Below, in pieces: positions 54,709-64,000 of a stretch of DNA of 64,000 bases. A model generated the notes under the pieces. It was not told the DNA's origin. It saw only the letters and a list, made by a program, of their open reading frames with translations, and did not search any database. This DNA comes from an uncultured candidatus Porisulfidus sp. (GTDB lineage Bacteria > Pseudomonadota > Gammaproteobacteria > Poriferisulfidales > Oxydemutatoraceae): contig OZ244052.1 in assembly GCA_965215125.1 (NCBI GenBank), forward strand, positions 1,056,001 through 1,120,000, in the 5' to 3' direction. The stretch's first letter is position 1; the number at the start of each line of letters is the position of its first letter. The translations under genes were made by a program, and so were the position numbers.

Positions 54709-55686
54709 ATGAGTAAAACCGTAGTCGTAACCCGACGTTGGCCGGAAGTTGTGGAACAAGAACTTAAAACGATGTGCGACGATGTGCATCTAAACGAAGA
54801 TGACCGTCCCATGTCCAAAGACGAGCTCAAAGCGGCACTGGCAAACGCGGAGTGTGTGTTGCCGACGGTGACCGATCCCATTGATGCCGAAGTACTCGGC
54901 ATTGATAATATGGCGTGCCGTTTTCTTGGCAATTTCGGCGTCGGCTTTAATCACATAGATTTAGAAGCTGCTAAAAAAGCGAATGTCGCAGTTAGCAATA
55001 CTCCCGAAGTGCTGACCGATTGTACTGCCGATATCGCAATGGTCTTGATGTTGATGGTTGCCCGCCGTACCGGAGAGGGCGAACGGCACCTGCGTACCGG
55101 TGCGTGGAGCGGGTGGCGTCCGACCCACATGATGGGGACGAAGGTGACCGGCAAAACTCTAGGATTGGTCGGCTTCGGGCGGATTGCCCAAGCAGTGGCT
55201 CAAAGGGCACACCACGGTTTCGGAATGAAGATAACTTTCAGCGACCCGGCCATGGACCGCATTCCGCAGCAAGCCATCGATGCCGTTTCGGCAATCCCGT
55301 GCGATTCCCTTGAAGAATTGATGTCTAGTGCGGACTTTATCTCACTGCATTGCCCGGGCGGTAAAGCAACCTATCATTTAATAAACACCGAGCGACTTTC
55401 TTTGATGAAACCGTCGGCTTTTATTATCAACACCGCACGAGGCGATGTAATAGATAATCAGGCACTAATCGCGGCGCTGAAAGAAAAAACCATTGCCGGT
55501 GCAGGCTTAGATGTCTACGAAGGAGAGCCCGAACTAGACCCCGGATTTTTGGGCTTGGAAAATATCGTGTTGCTTCCTCATCTGGGAAGTGCTTCTCTGG
55601 AGACTCGCATCGCAATGGGTCGCCGTGTACTGCAAAACCTAAAAGCCTATCTGGCAGGAGAGCCTTTACCCGACAAAGTGGTTTGA
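54709..55686 (+). CDS. D-glycerate dehydrogenase / hydroxypyruvate-glyoxylate reductase
   Basis: GFGRIA, INTARG, GLDVYEGEP, LPHLGSA. Confidence 0.88.
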   Translation: MSKTVVVTRRWPEVVEQELKTMCDDVHLNEDDRPMSKDELKAALANAECVLPTVTDPIDAEVLGIDNMACRFLGNFGVGFNHIDLEAAKKANVAVSNTPEVLTDCTADIAMVLMLMVARRTGEGERHLRTGAWSGWRPTHMMGTKVTGKTLGLVGFGRIAQAVAQRAHHGFGMKITFSDPAMDRIPQQAIDAVSAIPCDSLEELMSSADFISLHCPGGKATYHLINTERLSLMKPSAFIINTARGDVIDNQALIAALKEKTIAGAGLDVYEGEPELDPGFLGLENIVLLPHLGSASLETRIAMGRRVLQNLKAYLAGEPLPDKVV

Positions 55687-55699
55687 TCGAGACGCGTAG

Positions 55700-56734
55700 A
55701 TGAAGTTATCTGCGCTTAGCAGACAAAGCATGCTATGGTGGCGTTTTATCAAGTTAAGTGTTCTAGCCATATGGATGATTTTAGTTGTCACTCTAAAAAT
55801 TCAAGGCAATAGAACAAAAATAGCACGTATTCTGCATAGATTTTCATTGTTTGCTCGTCTATTCCGTCGTCAATTCTTAAACAAAGATTTTCTTGATCGT
55901 AAATGCATAATCGTGAATTATGAAGATTATCGTCCTGTAGGTTCGTCTTTAGATGGACTCGTTGCTTTTGCATGGATCTGTGAAAAAATGAAAATTAATG
56001 TAAGGATCAAAAAACCCACCAACATGATATGGAGACATTTTGAAAACGATAATCCAATCAATATAACAGACGAATTAAAGCATAAATTGCAGTCTTCCGA
56101 GCAAAAGAAATTTTTCGAAAACAAAATTGCGTATTTTGGGATTTTTTTCATTTCTTCGGTGTACGGGCATAAAATACTATCGAAACTTGCGATAAACAGA
56201 CATCTTAAAAAATGTGCCGACCAATGGGTTGACGATAATATCAAAGGGGATTGGGTTGCCGTCCATTACCGTGGCACAGACACTACAAAAAGAAAATGTC
56301 GGTACAGATATAGAATATCTCTTGACCCGTATATTGTTTATCTAAAAGGGGTGATAGGTGATGAATACAGTATTTTCGCATGTTCGGATCAGGCACAGTT
56401 TATTGATAAAATGCACTTGGCTTTTCCGGGCAGAGTGTTTTCAAGAGATATTGAACGCTCTCATAATGAACTTCCCATACATAAACACGATATTCTCTCG
56501 AGACTGAGAGACAAAACTGATAATTTTGACCAAGAGAAAGATGCGCTGATAGATCTTTTGATTTTAACAAAAAGCGAACTTATATATACTACAGGTTCCG
56601 GATTTGTAGACGTTACGCGATATTTCAATCCACGAATTAAAATTATATCGCTAGACCAAAGAAAAATAGGACGAGGTAGAAATAATGTGCCTATCCCTAG
56701 AAAGGATTTATTTAATAGGCTTTGTAGACCTTGA
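55700..56734 (+). CDS. NodZ-like alpha-1,6-fucosyltransferase family protein
   Basis: VAVHYRGTD, IFACSD, DALIDL.IL.K motifs; N-terminal TM; low GC. Confidence 0.65.
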   Translation: MKLSALSRQSMLWWRFIKLSVLAIWMILVVTLKIQGNRTKIARILHRFSLFARLFRRQFLNKDFLDRKCIIVNYEDYRPVGSSLDGLVAFAWICEKMKINVRIKKPTNMIWRHFENDNPINITDELKHKLQSSEQKKFFENKIAYFGIFFISSVYGHKILSKLAINRHLKKCADQWVDDNIKGDWVAVHYRGTDTTKRKCRYRYRISLDPYIVYLKGVIGDEYSIFACSDQAQFIDKMHLAFPGRVFSRDIERSHNELPIHKHDILSRLRDKTDNFDQEKDALIDLLILTKSELIYTTGSGFVDVTRYFNPRIKIISLDQRKIGRGRNNVPIPRKDLFNRLCRP

Positions 56735-56809
56735 CTTGCTTCAAAAAAACGATAGAGAAACTACATCCTTGTAATTCCTCTATCATCTCATCATGAAAAA
56801 GTTCTGCTA

Positions 56810-58451
<1,642 letters not shown>

Positions 58452-58508
58452 TTAATTTATCAATGGGAGGAATTATAACATAAATTATAATAATTACAAT
58501 TATAAATA

Positions 58509-58598
58509 TAGAACCGCCGGTTGAGCCAGTAGGTCAACCGGCGTAACCCTGTGCAGAACCTTTGTAACCACTTCGTCAGGCTTCGCCTGCTACCCTAG
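58509..58598. repeat. REP modules flanking IS110 copy 2 (continue at 63314..63346)
   Basis: TAGAACCGCCGGTTGA..TCAACCGGCG and GTCAGGCTTCGCCTGC.ACCC; right flank GTCCGCCC..GGAGGGGAATAG. Confidence 0.65.
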
Positions 58599-58698
58599 AT
58601 AATATGGATGACCAGCTTTGCTGAAAGGTGGTTAAACTTTCATTTTAGTTCCCCTCTTAAGAGGGGTTTAATCCACTACTAAACAAAGGAGGTCATCC

Positions 58699-59591
58699 AT
58701 GACTAGTATACTGTATGTTGGCATTGATGTTGATGATAAGAGTTTCACTGCCACAGCCATTTCTAAACACAATAATTATCATTCCATTAAAACGCGTCCG
58801 GACTTTGCATCACTGCATAAGGCAATCACCAAAGTCGCTTTGCCGTATAAACAGATTAGGGTCTGTTATGAAGCAAGCTATTTAGGCTTTTCGTTAAAGC
58901 GACAATTTGATGCGGTGGGCATTCACTGCGATGTGATTGCGCCGTCGCTGATCCCGGTGCGTCCCTCGGATCGCATCAAGACTGATCGTTTAGATAGCGT
59001 TAAGCTGGCTGAATACTACCGACAAGGTATGTTGAAAATCGTCCACGATATTGATACTGAGAGCGAAGGTCACCGACAACTCATTCGTGGACGCCAACAA
59101 GTGGTCAACACCTGCAAGATCTATAAACTGCAGATTTTGTCGTCGTGCCGTTATCGCGGGATTAGTTATCGCACCAGTATGCAGGCCAAGAGCTATTGGA
59201 CGAAGCAACACATAGCATTCTTAAAGCGGTTGCTAGGCGACGACAGTTTAGATAAGTATTTCCGCCTCGATTTAGAGAACAAGTTATATCTATTGGAGAC
59301 GCAACAAGGGGTTATCAGACGCCATGAGAACGATATACATCAGTTAGCGATATCCGAGCCGTATCGTCGGGCGGTCGGCTATTTATGTTGTATCAGAGGC
59401 ATTGCCGAGTTGATTGCGATGACGCTGATTGTTGAGATTGGCGACATCGGTCGGTTTGTCAAGGTGCGTCATCTGGCCGGTTATGCCGGCTTGAGTATCA
59501 GTGAGTATAGTTCCGGTGGCAAGAGTCGCAAAGGGGGTATTACCGGGATGGGCAACAAATGCATCCGCACGGCGTGCGTGGAAGCCTGCCA
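58699..59591 (+). pseudogene. IS110 transposase, 5' part (3' part at 62539..62799)
   Basis: Near-identical to 1028..2176; broken at ...CVEAC by IS1380. Confidence 0.9.
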
Positions 59592-60903
59592 CCCTAATTC
59601 CGCAATAGACCACCTGCAAAAGTCCGTAATCTCTTATGTTGCAACACTCTCATGCATATTCCCAATTCACCCATTAGGTGAAACATAATTATTACTAATT
59701 TTTTACATAAAACTCTGTACAACGCCTTATTTTTTTGTTACTATTTACCAATTAATAACTTCGGAGGTATTATGTCAAAACAAAAAAATCAGCACAATCA
59801 ATCATCGTATACGCTAGCTACCACCCACCAGAAATTGACCTCTCGTTGTGGTTTGTTGGCATTGATTAAAGTGCTCAAAGCACTACAACTTAAGCCACAA
59901 GCAGACACTGTGTTTGCGGCACCGGGTAGCAATCGTGGCTACCGCAATGGCGACATTCTAACGAGCTTCATCTTGATGCTCAACGAGGGTGCGAGATGCC
60001 TTGAGGATGTCTGCCATTTACACACCGAAAGGGTGTTGCTTAAGCTGGGAGGTATTAACAAGATACCGGGAGCAGACACTTTGGCGAGGTGGTTGAAACG
60101 CCATGGTCAAGCCGGTGCCGGTTTAGTTCACCAGCTCAATCGCACGGTGATTGCCAAGACCCTGAAGTTGTGGAAAGTAAAGCATGTGACTTTGGATATT
60201 GATGCGACTACTATTTTGACCGAGAAAGTCGGTGCTAAATGGACGCGTTTTAAGGAGCGTGGTTTCATGCTAATGGTCGGCACGCTAGCTGAAGTGGGTC
60301 AAGTCATCGCCGTTGAGTTGCGCCACGGCAATGTCTCCCCGAACTTTGATAATATCGGTTTCATCAAGACCTGCCAAGCACAGTTGCCGAGTGGCGTAAT
60401 ACTCAAGCGGGTGCGTATCGACTCGGCAGGGTATCAACAAGCAATCATTGAATATCTAGTAGCTCAAGGAATAGAGTTTGTTATTCGTGCGCCGATGTAC
60501 CCGTCAATAGCGCAAGCGATTGCTGGTCTGTCGGGAAGCAGACTGGCGACCATTGCGATTAAGCGACGGCAGTTTATCACCCCACGACTATGTGGCTCGC
60601 TGCACTTATCAGATGTATCGCAGCAACCTCGTATTTACGCTAGTCATTCAACGCCGCCTCAAGAGCGAAGCCGCCCGACAGTCTAACCAACCGGAGTTGT
60701 CGGGACTGTCTGAACAGCTGCGCTATCAACCCGACAAGTATGACTATCGTGTGATTGCGACTAACATCAACGGGCTAGACGATGCACAGATTGTACATGA
60801 GTATAATCAACGCGGTGAGCATTCCGAAAACCGCATTAAAGAACTCAAATCGGATTTTGTTGCCGGTCGTTTGCCGTGTAGTGATTTTGCTGCCAATGCT
60901 CTG

Positions 60904-62035
60904 TGTACAATGCCAGATACATATTGGACTCTTTAGAACCTAATCTTTCCACTAGGAAAAGTACTTTTCCTAGTGGAAAGATACCTCTTAAATCAAAGTA
61001 GCCGACATGCAAAACCAGCACATCGGCTACCGCATTACAGGTTTTTATAAAATAGCCTCTTTTTCCAACAAAACGGAGGCTATGATGGCAACAGATGCCA
61101 AACAAAAACTTAATGCACTAGAATTTTGGAACAAACACGGCTTAAACGCAACCCAAGACTTTGTCGGGGTGAGCCGTTCCACCCTATACCGCTGGAAAAA
61201 GTGCTTTGACGAGGGCGGTGTATCCGCTTTGCGAGACGCAAGTAAAGCACCTCGGCAGCGTCGTCGCCGTAATTGGTCTACTCACATCAGCGATGAGATT
61301 AGGCGACTGCGACACAGCTATCCGAATATGGGTGCGCCGAAGATTTACTACTTCTTAAAGCCGTGGTGTGATGCACGGGAACTGCAGTGTCCGAAGCCTC
61401 GCACCATTGCTCGGTTGATTGCCGATGCATCGGACAACATGCGTTGTTCGCCCTCTAAGAAAACACACAAACGCAAGGTTTCTCAACCACGCAACCGTCT
61501 CGGCAAAGATGCCAAAGCGCAATTTCCCGGACACTGCGTGGCTATGGATACCATCCATTATTTCGTTGATCGGACACGCTATTATCTGTTCACTGCGATT
61601 GACCACTACAGCCGTTTCGCCGTTGCCGTCGCCTGCCGACGTGCCCACAGTAAAAATGCTGCGACATTCGCAAGATTGGTGGACACGGTATTCCCCGGCA
61701 ACCTCTCTCAAGTACTGACCGACAACGGCAGCGAGTTTGCCGGCGACTTCGAGGCTTATCTACAACAACACAACATTAAACACTGTTATACTTATCCTCG
61801 TTGCCCGAAAATGAATGCCGTAGACGAGAGATTTAACCGCACCATTCAGGAGGAGTTTGTAACACATCATGAGGATATTTTAGTGACCGATTTAGCACAA
61901 TTTAACGATGTATTATTTGAATATCTCGGGCGGTATAACTTCAGGAGACCGCACCAAAGTCTAGCCTATAAAACACCGGCACAACAGCTCGCTTCCTTTT
62001 GCCCCCATTTGTCCAATATGTCATGGCATCGTACA
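60904..62035 (+). mobile_element. IS481-family insertion sequence
   Basis: TGT...ACA ends with IR TGTAC.ATGCCA.A.ACATATTGGAC; CTCTG direct repeat at 60899-60903 and 62036-62040. Confidence 0.9.
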
Positions 62036-62062
62036 CTCTGTATGTTTGTGTGTGTGCTTTAG
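61007..62062 (+). CDS. IS481-family integrase-core transposase (stop codon lies outside the element)
   Basis: HTH VSRSTLYRW, MDT, TDNGSEF, ERFNRTIQEE, RPHQSL. Confidence 0.88.
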   Translation: MQNQHIGYRITGFYKIASFSNKTEAMMATDAKQKLNALEFWNKHGLNATQDFVGVSRSTLYRWKKCFDEGGVSALRDASKAPRQRRRRNWSTHISDEIRRLRHSYPNMGAPKIYYFLKPWCDARELQCPKPRTIARLIADASDNMRCSPSKKTHKRKVSQPRNRLGKDAKAQFPGHCVAMDTIHYFVDRTRYYLFTAIDHYSRFAVAVACRRAHSKNAATFARLVDTVFPGNLSQVLTDNGSEFAGDFEAYLQQHNIKHCYTYPRCPKMNAVDERFNRTIQEEFVTHHEDILVTDLAQFNDVLFEYLGRYNFRRPHQSLAYKTPAQQLASFCPHLSNMSWHRTLCMFVCVL

Positions 62063-63405
62063 CCTACAATGTGTTCGCACTGATGCGTGCCGGCTTAGCT
62101 AAACAGTTTCGTTCCTCTAGAGCCCCGACGCTCAGGGTCCGCCTGTTTGGTTTAGCGGCGAAGATTGTACGACAGGGTCGGCAATGGAAGCTCAAACTAC
62201 ACGAAGTGCATCGTAGTTTATTGAGTGGAGTTTTCTCAGACCTTGATGAGACTATCGGCAAGCTATTGCCGGATATGCGATACCCCTTGCTACATTAACT
62301 AGCCACCTTATCTCTTCATTACTCATAAGGCATCAATCAAAGTAGATGCCATGCCCCAGCATACCCTAATACTAGAGATTAGAGTACTTTGATGCTTCAT
62401 TTAGCTCTCAATAGGAGTTTATCTCCCGTCACCGAGCAATGATGTGGCATTCAGTTTCGGGTTCAGGCGATTGCCCTGATAATTTAGCAGTAAATTATCC
62501 ATCACATGCAATTTTCATGCTCTATTGAGAAATTAGGGTGCCAGTTGGCGGGTAGACGCTATAGCGTGAATAAGGCATTGCGTGCCCGACGCACCGACCA
62601 AGACCTAGTGGCTATAGAGATAGGCGACCGTTGCATGAAGCGTTTGTATAAGAAGTATCAGGCGATGTATCATGCCAACAAACCATTCAACAAGACTAAG
62701 GTGGCGTGTGCCAGAGAGCTACTTGGTTTTGTGTGGGAAGCCTTGCGTGTTGCCCAGGCCGCTGAAAACGCATTGCACGCCGCACCGGTGGTTGAGTAAG
62801 CTCGTTAAGCAAGAGGCTGCCAGATAGAGTTCTGAGAGACCGAGGGAGTTGAAGCTAAAGTCAATGACAAGTTCCGAACTTAGATGCCGTCCTAGAGTAT
62901 CTGCCCATAGAAAACTGCCAGGCGTGATGCGTGGCAAGGCAACTGACCGTAGATTAAGGGGCACAGTTCATCCAATTAACTTATCATGTGGTAATGCGAA
63001 AGCAAAGTACACGAATATGAGGTTGATAATACCGAACGACTCATTAGTTGAGTACTTTAGCGGTGCTTCGCTCTGTCTCTCTTCGGCACAGCATGATGCC
63101 GTTAACAAGGAGATAAAGCAGGTGCACGAAAGCCGCCACGACAAGTGGCGCATACATATACATGATGCATGCTTTAAGAGGGGTGGCGCATTGCTATCGC
63201 TCGCTCCTTGTTGGCATCATCTGTGCCGTCATTTAGCCCTTGAGTTCTGGTGACTCCTGGGAATGTAGTCTTCGGTAAAAATTTAATCTTGACAAGCTGG
63301 TCATCCATATGAGGGCATACGAGTCCGCCCTGCAAGGAGGGGAATAGTCAGGACAAGTTTATGTGCTATAATTTTTCCCTTTATTCCCCAAGCAAGTAAT
63401 TAATA

Positions 63406-64000
63406 ATGAGTAAATGCGCGTTAATCACCGGTGTCACAGGGCAAGACGGTGCCTACCTTTCCGAGTTTTTATTGGAAAAGGGGTATACCGTTCACGGCAT
63501 TAAACGGCGAACCTCTTTATTCAATACCGACCGAGTAGATCATTTATACAACAAGTTCCACGAGCACGGTAAAGGATTCAACATGCACCACGGCGATATG
63601 ACCGACTCCAGTAGCTTGGTTCATATTATAGAAAAGACAAAACCCGACGAAATATACAATATCGCTGCGCAATCTCATGTTGCCGTCTCGTTCGAGGAGC
63701 CCGAATACACCGCGAACTCGGATGCTTTGGGTCCGCTGCGCATGCTCGAGGCAATCCGCACCCTAAACATGAATAAAACGGTGCGTTATTACCAAGCCTC
63801 CACATCGGAAATGTACGGCCAATCGCCGGAAAGTCCTCAAAACGAGGATACACCGTTTCGCCCCTGCTCGCCCTACGCCGCCGCTAAATTATATGCTTAC
63901 TGGATTTCGGTTATTTATAGAGAAGCCTACGGGATTTATGCGGTCAACGGCATTTTATTTAATCATGAATCTAAAAAACGGGGTGAGACTTTCGTCACCC
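63406..64000 (+). CDS. gmd: GDP-mannose 4,6-dehydratase (5' part, runs off the window)
   Basis: Hand translation [62 protein letters not shown]. Confidence 0.95.
   Translation, partial: MSKCALITGVTGQDGAYLSEFLLEKGYTVHGIKRRTSLFNTDRVDHLYNKFHEHGKGFNMHHGDMTDSSSLVHIIEKTKPDEIYNIAAQSHVAVSFEEPEYTANSDALGPLRMLEAIRTLNMNKTVRYYQASTSEMYGQSPESPQNEDTPFRPCSPYAAAKLYAYWISVIYREAYGIYAVNGILFNHESKKRGETFVT

Larger units (their letters stand above)
59592..62538 (+). mobile_element. IS1380-family element copy 2 (frameshifted near 60533 and interrupted by IS481)
   Basis: Reverse complement of 19488..21296; TGCCA direct repeat at 59587-59591 and 62539-62543. Confidence 0.92.
58599..63313 (+). mobile_element. IS110-family element copy 2, disrupted by nested IS1380 and IS481
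   Basis: Same sub-terminal IRs and AG core (58597-58598, 63312-63313) as copy 1. Confidence 0.9.

Overview
Chromosomal segment of a gammaproteobacterium. It is probably host-associated (inferred from the Sel1, typical-class LRR and kexin-like proteins and the heavy IS load, a profile common in marine-invertebrate symbionts). Housekeeping blocks: the complete atp operon, pyrF-pyrR-ruvX-gshB, mnmE-yidC-rnpA-rpmH, thiD-thiE, folP, lepA, rho, purH, an OxyR-type regulator divergent from a serine-cycle-like sgaA-mcl-mtkAB-hpr cluster, amtB-glnK and the start of gmd. Accessory DNA lies between them: (1) a diverged second copy of atpG'/atpD with a nested MITE>MITE>IS110 insertion; (2) two paralogous Sel1-repeat genes bounded by copies of an IS3 end-like sequence; (3) a kexin/P-domain/Ig/LRR protease and an FGE-sulfatase (CLec-fold) gene whose 3' end resembles a DGR variable region; (4) a candidate defence island downstream of mnmE (small N6-MTase, SF1 helicase-nuclease, small coiled-coil/TM proteins, a Lys-rich plus 2TM gene pair); (5) IS3, ISAzo13, IS256, two IS1380, IS481 and two IS110/IS1111-type elements, three of them nested. 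The most informative structure is a modular REP-bearing MITE family that acts as a landing pad for the IS110-type element. An empty target site is present in the window, and segments matching target and donor can be read in the element's 3' non-coding region, making it a bridge/seekRNA candidate. No tRNA, rRNA or CRISPR array was seen.
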